Shown here: piece after piece, positions 41,498 through 52,620 of the stretch
Numbering within the stretch: the first letter of the stretch is position 1
How the letters are laid out: every line of letters begins with the position of its first letter
Origin: Gemmatimonadaceae bacterium
GTDB taxonomy: Bacteria; Gemmatimonadota; Gemmatimonadetes; Gemmatimonadales; Gemmatimonadaceae
DNA length: 64,000 bases
Assembly (NCBI GenBank): GCA_051859245.1
Contig: JBHYGA010000005.1
Span: 448,001-512,000 of the forward strand
Direction: 5' to 3'
Translations under genes and position numbers: made by a program
Notes under the pieces: generated by a model
What the model saw: the letters and a program-made list of their open reading frames with translations, nothing else
Databases searched by the model: none
What the model was told of the DNA's origin: nothing

Positions 41498-43216
41498 CTA
41501 CCGCGGCGGCCCCACCCGCTCAAACCGAAGCCCGCGCGCGCGACCCTGATTGACGAGCAATCCCGTTACCGCGCCGCTCGCGTCGCGCGTGAACTCCAGG
41601 CCCAAGCCCGCGCCAACCATTTCGTTTTCGCCAACCGTGCGAAGCAGCTCGGGCGACGCGTTGCGCAGGCGCAGTTCGAGGGCGGTGTCGCGCTGCGTGA
41701 TGACCAGCGTGGTGCCGAGCTCTTCGCTGCGGTAGGTGCCAGCGCGGGCGGCCAGCGTTTGCGGCGAGATCGACACCTCCAGCACACGTTCGTACGTGTC
41801 CTCCGGCACGCCGCCAAAAACGACGGACACGCGCGCCGCGACGGCACTCGCGCCGCCGCTGCTGTCGAACGCAAAGCGCAGAACGACCGGCGTATTCACA
41901 ACTTCCAGTTCCTCGGCGCTGCGTGCTTTGGTGGCGTAGTTGCCGGGCTCAACAACGCGCAGTGTGCCGTCCAAAATTACAATGCGAGTGAACTCGGTGG
42001 TGCCGGGCACGCGATACGTTCCCACGTACGAATTGAGCGGCCGCAGTTTCACGGGGCTCGTTGCCGCCGGTGTCGCGGGCGCTGCAACGTTTGTGGGCGC
42101 GTTGGACAGGGCCGGTGCAGACGCCGCCTGCGCAGCGTTCATCTCTGCGGACAAATGCACTTCGGCTACCTGCGCGGCCAGCGCTGACGGATCGCTATCT
42201 GCACGATTGCACAACACCGCTACGCCAAAGCGCTGCTCCGGGAATCGCAGCAACTGCGCGCGATAACCGCCCCACGAGCCGCCATGCTGGACGGTGCGCA
42301 GTCCGCGCTGCTCGCTGTGCATGAGGCCGAGTGCGTAGGCGAGCACTTTGCCGTTGGTGAGTATTCCGCGCGTGTGCATCGTGTCGCGCAGTGCGGTGCC
42401 GCCCACTTTGTTGGTGTAGAAATTGTTGTTCCAGTGGAGCAGGTCCTGCACGGTGGAGAAAATCCCGCCGTCACCAAGCTGCAGCCAGCGTGGCATGTCG
42501 GCGCGATAGCTGGAGTCGCGCGGTTCGTAGCCAATGGCACGATTGACAATGATATCGTCGTAACTGCCGAGATACTCGGTGTGCGTCATGCCGAGCGGCG
42601 CGAATATGCGGTCGTGTGCTTCGTCGCGCAGCGATCGTTTGGTGACACGTTCAACAATCTGGGAGAGTAGGAAGTAGCCGGAGTTGCTGTACAGGTGCTC
42701 GCTGCCCGGCGCAAAGTTGAGCGCACGTTGACGCGCGATCATTTGCAGTGCGTCGTCGGGTGTGGTGACGTCGTCGTATCGCGCGCCGGTGAGGCGCAGC
42801 AAGCCGATGTAATCGCGCACACCACTGGTGTGATGCAGCAGTTGCCGCACCGTGATCGGTCGTTCGTACTGTGGCAACTCGGGAATGAATCGACGTACAT
42901 CGTCGTCGAGCGAGAGCTTGCCTTCCTGCGCGAGCAGCACGATCACAGCGGCCGAGAACTGCTAGGACGTTGAGCCCAGGTCGAACACGGTGGCCGGTGT
43001 GATGGGCACGCGACGCTCAAGGTCGGCGAGGCCGTAGCCGCGCGCGTAGACGATCTGTCCATCGCGGTACACGCCGAGCGCGCAGCCGGGGGAGTTGGGG
43101 GTGTCGTATGCGGCGAAGACGGAGTCGACGCGGGGGTCGCGGGGTTGGGCGTGCGTTACTGCGGTGGGGGTGCAGATGCAGAGCGCTGCGAGGAGCAGAG
43201 ATCGTGGCGTGGTCAT
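41498..43216 (-). pseudogene. Serine hydrolase (beta-lactamase class C/AmpC-like) interrupted by an in-frame TAG
   Basis: ORFs 42962-43216 and 41498-42946 are in the same frame: FDLGSTS*QFSAA; also LLHHTSG, YSNSGY, HGG. Confidence 0.85.
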
Positions 43217-43271
43217 GTTGTCGTGTGTGCGTTCAGCGAGGCTGCTTCAGTGCGCGCTACTTCGGCGAGCG

Positions 43272-43955
43272 CTATTCCAGACCGCTAAGCGAAGCGACAG
43301 GCAAGAACACATTCACCACACCGCGTGCTGCTGTGTCCCCGTTCAAGCCAAGATGCGTGTACACGGCCGAAAGGTTCGACTTCCATTCATCTGCAGATTG
43401 CGGTCCGGACATGTCAGAATCAACGACGAAGTACAAGAACACCAGATAGGCATTCAACCCGCTGCGTCGCAGAAACTCCAAGTGCGCCAGCCGATTCGCG
43501 TATCGATAGTAGCCGTTGAGCCAGTCATGATCCGCAGTCGTGCCGTACGAAGGCTTGGTCGCGTCGAGAGCCGCTCGAATCTGCGCGAGAGACGTCGAGC
43601 CAGCGCCACAGCTCGAACTCAGCTCGGCAAGATGCGCCTTGGCTTCGACGAGAATGCAGCTACCGTCTGAGGCTCTACCGAGTCCGTCCCACTGAGGTCC
43701 ACCCGCCGGCCAGAATGATGAGAGGCTGTCGGCAAGTTGCGGTTGGCCGAGTGTCCGCAGCATTCCCGCGTCGCGATACTCAGCCCATTCATCGTTACGC
43801 AGCGGCGAGAGCCATTCAATGTTCCAATCAGCAGGTCGTGCAGTCGCTGCTCGTACCGGGTCGGTAAGTAGTGACGGATTTTCGTTCACGAGGCGCTGCA
43901 TCCATTTCAGGCTGCCACGAGTTCCGATGGGTTGGGGAGTGCGCTCTCTGAACAT
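43272..43955 (-). CDS. Hypothetical PD-(D/E)XK nuclease-like protein
   Basis: FWP.GGPQWDGLG...ILVEAKAH...YYRYANRLAHL. Confidence 0.6.
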   Translation of the reverse strand: MFRERTPQPIGTRGSLKWMQRLVNENPSLLTDPVRAATARPADWNIEWLSPLRNDEWAEYRDAGMLRTLGQPQLADSLSSFWPAGGPQWDGLGRASDGSCILVEAKAHLAELSSSCGAGSTSLAQIRAALDATKPSYGTTADHDWLNGYYRYANRLAHLEFLRRSGLNAYLVFLYFVVDSDMSGPQSADEWKSNLSAVYTHLGLNGDTAARGVVNVFLPVASLSGLE

Positions 43956-43991
43956 TTTCTTGATGTTGAGGTTATCGAGCGACGAGCGCCT

Positions 43992-44279
43992 TCATACGCG
44001 AGGCGCTCCACAGGTCTTGCACGAACCTGATATGGAACCCAGATGACGCTGCAGCGAGGCCACCTCCGGCGAGCAGATTTTGATATACGCTCGCTCGGTG
44101 AAGCCGCCCGGCCGCACGTTTCTCGTCCCAATCATACGGCACGTCGCGAGGTGCAGCACGCGGTAGCTCTTGGTCTTGGTTCTGGTCGTGTTGACCACAA
44201 ACGCTTGCGGGTTCTCAGCAATCCACTTCAGATACCTCGCATCGTCGGCAACGAACTCAATCACGGTGGGTGAGTACAT
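43992..44279 (-). CDS. Small hypothetical protein (His/Cys motif)
   Basis: YLKWIAENP..FVVN...LHLATC...YIKICS...CKTC. Confidence 0.6.
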   Translation of the reverse strand: MYSPTVIEFVADDARYLKWIAENPQAFVVNTTRTKTKSYRVLHLATCRMIGTRNVRPGGFTERAYIKICSPEVASLQRHLGSISGSCKTCGAPRV

Positions 44280-44530
44280 GATGTCGCGGCCACATGGTGG
44301 GCTTGCCCGCTGGAAACGAGAGCAACATGCGTAGACGATGCAGCTCAGCTAAAGGACGCGCAACCCGGAGCATGCACGCGGTCCTAGTCGTCGCGGGGGA
44401 TGCGCTCTGGACGTGCAACCACTTTGTGCGCTGAAGGTGGGCCTGCGTAGAGCAGCGGATTGTCGAAGATGCGCGGCAAATGCTGTCCGAAACACCTGGC
44501 GCAGTCTTCGCCCGCGGAATCAATTGCCGC

Positions 44531-45460
44531 ATGCAAATAGACAGAGACTGGCAGATCAGAATGGCCGCGATGCAACAGCTAGCGGTTCTTCGAGAAAACG
44601 GCGGGGGACTTGTCACCGCGAACGCGCTCGAAAAAGGATTCGAGTTTGAGGGTGAGCGCATCGCCTTTCGCAATGTGCAGAAGGGCATATGGCGACCTCA
44701 TCAGTTACGCTCTCCCGGAGCCGCGCTCAGCATTGTGACCGCTCCACCAATCGCCGGTAAAACACCCGCGTACGACGACGAGGTTGCCGCTGACGATCGC
44801 GGCTGGTTCGGCTACAAGTACGAAGGGAGCGATCCACTGCTGTGGACGAACGTTGCAGTGCGACTGGCTATGGAGCTGCGCAGGCCGCTGATCTATCTCT
44901 ACGGCGTGACCAAGGGCGTGTACGAGCCCATTTTCCCTGTCTATGTCGTAGACGACGAGCCCAGCTCCTTGACGTTCAGAGTTCAGGTAGGTGAGCCACT
45001 GCATGTACGCGAGCCCACCGCGGAGTTTCTCTATGCAAGTGCACCAGCGCGCGAGTATCAGACCATTGCGGTAAAGCGGCGCCTGCACCAAAATCGTTTT
45101 CGCAAACTTGTGCTCGACGCATACGCCAGCAAGTGCGCGATCTGTCAGCTCAAACATCTCCCACTTCTGGACGCCGCGCACATCATTGCCGACCACGATG
45201 ACCGAGGGTTGCCGGAGGTCCCAAATGGTCTCGCTCTCTGCAAAATCCATCACACCGCGTACGACGTGAACATTCTGGGGATCTCACCTGACCTACAGGT
45301 GCACGTTCGAGAAGACATTCTGCACGAAGTCGACGGACCGATGTTGAAGCACGGTCTGCAAGAGATGTCCGGCCGGCGAATCATCATCCCGCGCGCTCCG
45401 GGGAACAGGCCCAATAGCGAGTTCCTCGAGATTCGCTTTGATCGATTCCGAGCAGCCTAG
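44531..45460 (+). CDS. HNH restriction endonuclease with N-terminal SRA-like domain
   Basis: RRLHQNRFR..VL.AY...CAIC...LDAAHI...NGLALCKIHH..YD; N-terminal YDD...Y.YEG.D...N. Confidence 0.85.
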   Translation: MQIDRDWQIRMAAMQQLAVLRENGGGLVTANALEKGFEFEGERIAFRNVQKGIWRPHQLRSPGAALSIVTAPPIAGKTPAYDDEVAADDRGWFGYKYEGSDPLLWTNVAVRLAMELRRPLIYLYGVTKGVYEPIFPVYVVDDEPSSLTFRVQVGEPLHVREPTAEFLYASAPAREYQTIAVKRRLHQNRFRKLVLDAYASKCAICQLKHLPLLDAAHIIADHDDRGLPEVPNGLALCKIHHTAYDVNILGISPDLQVHVREDILHEVDGPMLKHGLQEMSGRRIIIPRAPGNRPNSEFLEIRFDRFRAA

Positions 45461-45524
45461 CTCGGCGAGCTCACTCATCGCTTTCGCGCACCAGGTCTCG
45501 CCTCGCACAAACAACCACGGATAT

Positions 45525-48044
45525 ATGGCTTTCAGCAACGAGAATGATCTCTGGCAGGAGTTCCTCGCTAACTGGCCGATCGAGCGGCTGCGTTCGATGC
45601 AGCTGTCGGATTACACAAACGCTGGCGGTACCGACAGCTTCGTGTATTGGATGGAGAGCCGCCTCGACGTCTATGGCAGCATGTGGGGAGGCTCCGCATT
45701 CAAATTCGGGATCTACTCTCGGAGGAAAACGAAGAAGGAGGACGGTGACACGTCCCGCCTCTATGATGACTCGTACGGCTGGTATCGAAAGTTCGGACTC
45801 ACCTCGGCTGAAGCTTTCGAGGCCGTTCGCAAGGAGGTCTTGAAAGTCGCCGTCGCTGCGCGTGAGGGTCGCTTATCCGAAATCGATGGTGTTGACCTGG
45901 GAAACACGTATAAGTGGAAGATCGCTTTTCACTACCAACCTTTGGATGCGCCAACAATCGCGTGCATGTTCCAGCGCAAGCCGCTCCTCTTTGCGCTGAA
46001 AATGCCCCTGAACGAGCGTGACACGCCGCTGAGCCAGCTTTATGAACGGCTCGGTAAGCAGCGACCGTCGAGTGAGTCTATACTCGAGTTCAGCAAACGC
46101 ATGTGGCAGGCTGCCGTGATGGCGATTCCATACGAAGTCCGACTGCCGGAACCAGCGGTCAAGAAAGGTGTGATTCCACTCGGGCTTGTGTCAGCGCCAT
46201 TTCCAGCGGCGATGATCGGTGGGTCGAAGGATACGGATGCAAAACAAAAAGCCAGTTTCCAAACGGACACTGGGTTGCGGTTTGAATCTGATATCCGCGA
46301 GACCTCGCTTGGGAAGGGTGAGGTGCGCCACAACCTCAGCGACTACTTCGCGAAGATCGGGGCAGTGAAGGGCACGCCGATCGTCATTACTCCGCGTCAA
46401 GATGGCAGCTATTTCATCTCGAGTAGGGGAGCGCCGTTGCGTGATGATTCGGATGGACATGCTATGCCAGTCGATCTGCGGAAGACTGTGAAGGACCCGT
46501 CTCCCCACGTGTCGCGCCCACCGCTGAATCAAATTCTGTTCGGCCCGCCTGGGACTGGCAAAACGTTTCACGCCATCGACAAGGTGCTGGAAATTCTCGA
46601 CCCGCAGTTCCTGCGAGAGCACGCGGCAAACCGCGCCGAGCTGAAGTCTCGCTTTGACGTATTAGCGAAGGAGGGTCTGGCTCAGTTCGTCACTTTCCAC
46701 CAGAGTTTCAGCTACGAAGATTTCGTTGAGGGGCTTCGCGCTGATGCGGACAGCGAGGCCGGTGGTTTGCGATACGAAGTGGTAGATGGTGTATTCAAAC
46801 GTTTGTGCGAGGCCGCCCGGCTCCGTGTGGTAAAGGCAGAAGAAGCTGCGATAGATCCGCGCGAGCGACGCATTTGGAAGCTTTCACTTGGCGATTCTAC
46901 AACGGAGCGCTGGGTGTACGACGAGTGTGTTCAGAAAGGCTACGCACTGTTGGGCGCTGGCTTCGGGGCTGACTTCTCGAAGTGCGACACTCGCGAGAAA
47001 ATCCGCCAAACCATGGAGTTTGATGGCGAGCCGCGTTCAAACACCGACGCTCATGTCACGGCGGTAAACACGTTTGTTCGGGTCGTAGAAAAGGGAGACC
47101 TAGTTGTGGTAACAGAAGGCAACCTCAAGTTTCGGGCAATCGGTGAGATAACGGGCGATTATCGCCATCTCGATCGGCCCGAGGGCGACACTTACGCACA
47201 GTGCCGCGACGTGCGCTGGCTACGCGTGTATGCGCAGGCGCGACCGTACGAAGACCTTATGGCTAATCGCTTTAGCCAGTTGACGTTGTATGAACTACGC
47301 GAGGGTTCGATCGAACTTGATAAGCTAAGTGCGTTGTTACAACCCGCGCCTAATGAGACCACCTCAGCGTCGCCACGGGTACTCATCATTGACGAGATCA
47401 ACCGTGGCAACGTCTCGCGCGTTTTTGGTGAGCTCATCACGCTCATTGAACCCAGCAAGCGGACAGGCGCGGCAGAGGCTCTCGAGGTGACGCTTCCGTA
47501 CTCCAAGAAATCGTTCAGCGTGCCAGACAACGTGCACATCATTGGCACAATGAATACCGCGGACCGATCGCTCGCCGGTTTGGATATCGCGCTTCGTCGA
47601 CGTTTCCAGTTCGTAGAGATGCCCCCGCGGCCGGAACTCCTGTCGGGCGTGACGATTGCTGGAGTGAATCTTGGGCAGCTGCTTGGCGTCATGAATCAGC
47701 GCATCGAAGCGCTGCTAGACCGCGACCACCAGCTCGGTCATGCGTACTTCATGGAGCTCAAGACGAGCGACTCAGTCGACAGCTTGGCAAAAGTTTTCCG
47801 GAATCAGATTTTGCCACTCTTGCAGGAATATTTTTTCGAGGACTGGCAGCGCATTGCGTGGGTACTCAATGATCATCGAAAGGCGAAGGGATGTCAGTTC
47901 GTTGTGCAGCAGACGGTAAACAGCTCGTCGCTGTTTGGTGGTGGCGTGGACGTAGACACCGAGGCCAAGCTTTGGCGCGTTGACGACACAGCGTTCCTCA
48001 ACGCCGCTAGCTACATCGGCATTGTTTCAGACGTAACTTCCTGA
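45525..48044 (+). CDS. mcrB: McrB-family AAA+ GTPase
   Basis: GPPGTGKT, FVTFHQSFSYEDFVEG, IIDEINRGN, MNTADRS signature, ALRRRF. Confidence 0.93.
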   Translation: MAFSNENDLWQEFLANWPIERLRSMQLSDYTNAGGTDSFVYWMESRLDVYGSMWGGSAFKFGIYSRRKTKKEDGDTSRLYDDSYGWYRKFGLTSAEAFEAVRKEVLKVAVAAREGRLSEIDGVDLGNTYKWKIAFHYQPLDAPTIACMFQRKPLLFALKMPLNERDTPLSQLYERLGKQRPSSESILEFSKRMWQAAVMAIPYEVRLPEPAVKKGVIPLGLVSAPFPAAMIGGSKDTDAKQKASFQTDTGLRFESDIRETSLGKGEVRHNLSDYFAKIGAVKGTPIVITPRQDGSYFISSRGAPLRDDSDGHAMPVDLRKTVKDPSPHVSRPPLNQILFGPPGTGKTFHAIDKVLEILDPQFLREHAANRAELKSRFDVLAKEGLAQFVTFHQSFSYEDFVEGLRADADSEAGGLRYEVVDGVFKRLCEAARLRVVKAEEAAIDPRERRIWKLSLGDSTTERWVYDECVQKGYALLGAGFGADFSKCDTREKIRQTMEFDGEPRSNTDAHVTAVNTFVRVVEKGDLVVVTEGNLKFRAIGEITGDYRHLDRPEGDTYAQCRDVRWLRVYAQARPYEDLMANRFSQLTLYELREGSIELDKLSALLQPAPNETTSASPRVLIIDEINRGNVSRVFGELITLIEPSKRTGAAEALEVTLPYSKKSFSVPDNVHIIGTMNTADRSLAGLDIALRRRFQFVEMPPRPELLSGVTIAGVNLGQLLGVMNQRIEALLDRDHQLGHAYFMELKTSDSVDSLAKVFRNQILPLLQEYFFEDWQRIAWVLNDHRKAKGCQFVVQQTVNSSSLFGGGVDVDTEAKLWRVDDTAFLNAASYIGIVSDVTS

Positions 48045-48047
48045 TCG

Positions 48048-49376
48048 ATGCGAACCATTGTAGTTCGCGAGTACGCGCGGCTGACCACGGCGGAGGTGTC
48101 GGCGGAATCGCTGAGCGAAGCGCAGGTTTCGGCAACCGCGTTCGACTGGCTCTGCCGTGAAAGCGCGCGATTGCAGAAGTCGGGTGCATCGCTCGTGGAG
48201 CTTGATGATCGTCGTTCGCTGCGGCTCGATAACTACGTTGGTGTCATTGAGACACCGTGTGGGACTCGCGTGGAGATTCTACCAAAGAGCACCGATGACG
48301 GGGACGACGCTCCAGCATCTCGGCGCATCCTGAGACGAATGCTCCAGCGCTGCCTCGATCTTCCGACCCGAGAGACCACGCGTACGGACATCCAGACTTT
48401 CGAATCTCCGCTCACCGAATGGGTGATGCGGCATTTCCTCCTGGAGTTGCAGCTCTTGGTGAAGCGGGGCGTACGCTTTGAGTATCGAGCAGTGCAGGAG
48501 GAGCAGCGGTTTCTACGCGGTCGCCTTGAAATTATGCGTCAGCTCCGTCAGCCACCCGGGCGTGCGCATCTGTTCCAGATCGAACATGACATCTTCGATG
48601 CAGATCGGCCGGAAAATCGACTGCTTCGATCAGCGCTTGATCGCGTCTGTCAGCTTACGCGTGATCCAGGTAACTGGCGATTGTCGCATGAGCTGGCCGC
48701 ATATCTCTCGCCGGTGCCGACAAGCAAAGATGTTGCCGCAGACTTCCGGCGTTGGCGAGATGATCGACTGCTCGCCCACTATCGCAATGTGCGACCGTGG
48801 TGTGCACTGATACTCGGCGACGAGATGCCGATGTCGATGGTTGGCACATGGCACGGATGCAGCTTGCTGTTCCCGATGGAGACACTTTTCGAGCGATACG
48901 TTGAAGCCTGTCTACGGCGCACGCTAGCGGCGGGCGCTGTGCTGAAAGCATCAGCGAGACAGCACCATCTGGTGAGGCATGAGGGACAGCCGTGGTTCAT
49001 GCTGGTACCCGACTTGCTGCTCATCGACTCCGAGCGCACGATGGTGCTCGATACAAAGTGGAAGCGAATCGACCAGTCACTGGGAAATGCTTCAGACAAG
49101 TACGGCCTAAGCCAAGCGGATTTCTACCAACTGTTTGCGTACGGCGAGCGGTATCTTGACGGTGCTGGCGACGTGCTGCTTGTGTACCCGAAGACATCCA
49201 CGTTCTGCGAGCCGTTGCCGGCGTTCGAGTTCTCTGACCTCCTGCGATTGTGGGTCGTGCCGTTCGATCTCGAAGCGGGGAGAATCGAATCTGGGGCGGA
49301 CAGCGCGACTGGTGCCAAGACTGAAACTGCTCTGCGTTACTTTCGCCCGCTGGATGAAACTTCGGCATGGGTTTAG
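48048..49376 (+). CDS. mcrC: McrC-family nuclease
   Basis: NYVGVI, EILPK, DRPENRL, LFPMETLFERYV, PD...LDTKWK, ADFYQLFAY. Confidence 0.93.
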   Translation: MRTIVVREYARLTTAEVSAESLSEAQVSATAFDWLCRESARLQKSGASLVELDDRRSLRLDNYVGVIETPCGTRVEILPKSTDDGDDAPASRRILRRMLQRCLDLPTRETTRTDIQTFESPLTEWVMRHFLLELQLLVKRGVRFEYRAVQEEQRFLRGRLEIMRQLRQPPGRAHLFQIEHDIFDADRPENRLLRSALDRVCQLTRDPGNWRLSHELAAYLSPVPTSKDVAADFRRWRDDRLLAHYRNVRPWCALILGDEMPMSMVGTWHGCSLLFPMETLFERYVEACLRRTLAAGAVLKASARQHHLVRHEGQPWFMLVPDLLLIDSERTMVLDTKWKRIDQSLGNASDKYGLSQADFYQLFAYGERYLDGAGDVLLVYPKTSTFCEPLPAFEFSDLLRLWVVPFDLEAGRIESGADSATGAKTETALRYFRPLDETSAWV

Positions 49377-49724
49377 CTGTGGCGCTGCAATCCTTGAGTT
49401 CGATCAAGTTTCTTTAAACTCAACGGAATCATCGATCAAGCTCGCGAAACGAACGAGCTCCTTGAGATGTGCTTTGGGCTCTACGCAGCGGTTGTCGTCC
49501 CACAAGACAAGCAGACGCGGCCGTTTACCTGTCTCGGTTGCAAGACCGAGAACGTGCCTGAGAAGCTGGCCCGCCCGAAGAGCTGTCCTCACGTCGATGT
49601 CAGACGTGGCCGCTATCATGCCAGCGGGTAGGGAAGCACCGCTTGCCTGATGTCCTCGCACGTCGTACGACCACGCCGTATACTCGACCCACATATTTCA
49701 ACGTTCCCCCTCCTTCCCACCCGC

Positions 49725-51305
49725 ATGGCCCGCAAGTCCAAGACCGAGAGCTCCACCGCCAACCTCGGCTTCGAACAGAAGCTATGGCTCACCGCCGATA
49801 AGCTCCGCAACAACATGGACGCGGCGGAATACAAGCACGTCGTGCTCGGCCTCATCTTCCTGAAGTACATCTCCGATAGCTTTGAGGAACATCGCGCTAA
49901 GCTCCTCGCCGGCGCGGGCGACTACGCAGGGGCCAACTCGGAAGACCCGGACGAATACAAAGCCGAGAACGTGTTCTGGGTGCCCGCCGATGCGCGATGG
50001 TCGCATCTGCAGGCCAGCGCCAAGCAGCCCACCATCGGCAAGACCGTGGACGATGCCATGGTGTCGATCGAGCGCGACAACCCACGCCTCAAGGGCGTGC
50101 TCCCCAAGGACTACGCACGCCCCGGTCTCGACAAGCAGCGACTCGGCGAACTCATCGACGTCATCGCTACCATCGAACTTACCGCCGCTAGCGAAGGTGA
50201 GAAGACTCATCGCTCCGTCGACCTGCTCGGCCGCGTGTACGAGTATTTCCTCACTCGCTTCGCGAGCGCCGAGGGAAAGAACGGCGGCCAGTTCTATACG
50301 CCGTCCTCCGTGGTGCGCTGTCTGGTGGAGATGCTGGAACCATACAAGGGTCGCATTTACGACCCCTGCTGCGGCTCCGGTGGCATGTTCGTGCAGTCGG
50401 AGAAGTTCGTCGAGGCGCATGGTGGGAGGATCGGCGACATCAGCATCTACGGACAGGAGAGCAACGCTACAACGCGCCGCCTCGCGGTGATGAACCTCGC
50501 CCTACGCGGAATCGAGGCGGACTTTGGCCCGGAGCACGCGGACACCTTCAGGCGCGATCTCCATCCCGATTTACGTGCTGATTTCGTTATCGCCAATCCG
50601 CCCTTCAACGACTCGGACTGGTTCCGCAAGGACGACGACGTGCGCTGGCAGTACGGTGTCCCGCCCAAGGGCAACGCCAACTTCGCGTGGGTGCAACACT
50701 TCATCCACCACCTCGCACCTGATGGTTATGCAGGATTCGTGCTCGCCAATGGCAGTATGTCATCCAACCAGTCAGGTGAAGGCGACATCCGCCGAGCGCT
50801 TATCGAAGCTGACCTCGTGGATTGCATGGTAGCACTTCCTGGCCAGCTTTTTTACAGCACGCAGATTCCCGTTTGTCTCTGGTTCCTTGCGAAAAAAAGG
50901 AACGCGGATGTGAAACGCGGCTTCCGTGACCGCCGTAAGCAGACACTCTTTATCGACGCCCGCAAGCTCGGCACCCTCATAGACCGCGTGCACCGCGAGT
51001 TTACTGACGCCGATCTCTACAAGATCACCGCAGCCTATCACCATTGGCGAGGCGCGGCAGCAGCTGACCAATACGACGATGTCCCTGGGTTCTGCAAGTC
51101 TGCGACAACGGCGGAAATCGCCGCGCATGGCTACGTGCTGACTCCCGGCCGCTACGTCGGCGCAGAGGAAGTCGAAGACGACGGCGCCCCTTTCGAGGAG
51201 AAGCTGGCTCGTCTAGTGGCCGATCTGCACGTGCAGTTCGACGAGTCTGCGAAACTCGAGCAGGCAATCAAGGCGAACTTGAAGGGGCTCGGCTATGGCC
51301 GGTGA
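49725..51305 (+). CDS. hsdM: Type I R-M N6-adenine methyltransferase
   Basis: [28 protein letters not shown]; probable ATG at 49725. Confidence 0.96.
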   Translation: MARKSKTESSTANLGFEQKLWLTADKLRNNMDAAEYKHVVLGLIFLKYISDSFEEHRAKLLAGAGDYAGANSEDPDEYKAENVFWVPADARWSHLQASAKQPTIGKTVDDAMVSIERDNPRLKGVLPKDYARPGLDKQRLGELIDVIATIELTAASEGEKTHRSVDLLGRVYEYFLTRFASAEGKNGGQFYTPSSVVRCLVEMLEPYKGRIYDPCCGSGGMFVQSEKFVEAHGGRIGDISIYGQESNATTRRLAVMNLALRGIEADFGPEHADTFRRDLHPDLRADFVIANPPFNDSDWFRKDDDVRWQYGVPPKGNANFAWVQHFIHHLAPDGYAGFVLANGSMSSNQSGEGDIRRALIEADLVDCMVALPGQLFYSTQIPVCLWFLAKKRNADVKRGFRDRRKQTLFIDARKLGTLIDRVHREFTDADLYKITAAYHHWRGAAAADQYDDVPGFCKSATTAEIAAHGYVLTPGRYVGAEEVEDDGAPFEEKLARLVADLHVQFDESAKLEQAIKANLKGLGYGR

Positions 51306-52620
51306 TTGGGAAGATCTGTCCGTAGCCGAGTTGCAGGAAGCCGGAGTGCTTCTCGTGGAAGATGGTAACCACGGCGAGAACCGGCCAAGGCCTCACGAGT
51401 TCTCGGAGGATGGCGTCCAGTTCATCCGAGCTGCGGACATGGATGGTGGTCGCGTGCTCTTCGAAAGAGCACAGCGGATCAACCAAACGGCCAGACGAAG
51501 GGTGCGAAAAGGAATCGGCGCTGGGGGTGACGTGCTGCTTTCGCACAAGGGCACCGTTGGCAAGGTTGCCTACGTGCCACTGGATGCACCGCCGTTCGTT
51601 TGTTCACCGCAAACAACCTTCTGGCGCGTCAAAGATGCAAGACGGCTCGATAGCCGATACGTCTACTACTACCTCTTGTCGCGCGCGTTTCGTGAGCAGC
51701 TGGATTCACGAAAGGGTGAAACCGACATGGCCGACTACGTGAGTCTAACCACGCAGCGTACGCTCAGGATAGCAGTCCCACCCCTCGCCGAACAAAAGGC
51801 CATGGCGGCGGTGCTTGGCGCGCTGGACGACAAGATTGAGTTGAACCGGCGGATGAACGCGACACTGGAGGAGATGGCTCGGGCATTGTTCCAGAGCTGG
51901 TTCGTGGACTACGCCCCCGTGCGCTCCAAGCTCGACGGACGACAAACTGTTGGCCTAGGCCCCGCTATCGCTGATCTCTTTCCCGACTCTTTCCAAGACT
52001 CGATCGCCGGTCCGATACCGCAGAACTGGACCATCCAGCCCGTCGGTGAAATTGTCGACTGCGTTGGGGGCGGCACTCCGAGCACTGCGGAGCCAAGGTA
52101 TTGGGAAGACGGCAATTATCACTGGGCGACGCCGAAGGACTTCTCCGCACTCCAAGCACCCGTCCTCTTCGAGACGGAACGCAAGATCACAGACGCCGGC
52201 ATTGCCAAGATTTCCTCCGGATTGCTTCCCGCCGGAACCCTACTGCTGTCCTCCCGCGCCCCCGTCGGCTACCTCGCAATCGCTGCGATGCCCGTTGCCA
52301 TCAATCAGGGCTTCATCGCGCTGAAGTGCAACGAACGTGCCTCAAACTATTTCATGTTGAACTGGTGTCGGACCCACATGGCTGAAATCGAAAGCCGCGC
52401 TACCGGCACCACATTCGCCGAGATCAGCAAGAGGAACTTCCGTCCCATCCGAGTCGTGCTGCCGCCACAGGAACTCATGGCCGCCTTTACAGCCAAGGTC
52501 GCGCCGTTCTACGCCCGAATAACGAGCAATCAATACGAGTCCCGTACACTTGCCGCAATACGCGATAGCCTGGTGCCGGGGCTACTCAACGGCACGATTT
52601 CCACCACACCAACATCATGA
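51295..52620 (+). CDS. hsdS: Type I R-M specificity subunit
   Basis: Two TRDs separated by PPLAEQ...LDDKIELN...[25 protein letters not shown]. Confidence 0.95.
   Translation: MAGDWEDLSVAELQEAGVLLVEDGNHGENRPRPHEFSEDGVQFIRAADMDGGRVLFERAQRINQTARRRVRKGIGAGGDVLLSHKGTVGKVAYVPLDAPPFVCSPQTTFWRVKDARRLDSRYVYYYLLSRAFREQLDSRKGETDMADYVSLTTQRTLRIAVPPLAEQKAMAAVLGALDDKIELNRRMNATLEEMARALFQSWFVDYAPVRSKLDGRQTVGLGPAIADLFPDSFQDSIAGPIPQNWTIQPVGEIVDCVGGGTPSTAEPRYWEDGNYHWATPKDFSALQAPVLFETERKITDAGIAKISSGLLPAGTLLLSSRAPVGYLAIAAMPVAINQGFIALKCNERASNYFMLNWCRTHMAEIESRATGTTFAEISKRNFRPIRVVLPPQELMAAFTAKVAPFYARITSNQYESRTLAAIRDSLVPGLLNGTISTTPTS

Noticed and set aside
35932..42964. Genome-wide TAG recoding (two in-frame TAGs)
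   Set aside because: One TAG replaces Trp and the other Lys, and TAG is the normal stop of bchN, puhC and mcrC.
33665..44279. Integron cassette array
   Set aside because: No intI gene and no consistent RYYYAAC...GTTRRRY attC sites found by eye.
49404..49694. 96-aa minus-strand ORF between mcrC and hsdM
   Set aside because: Possibly a nuclease C-terminal remnant, but there is no convincing start or motif.
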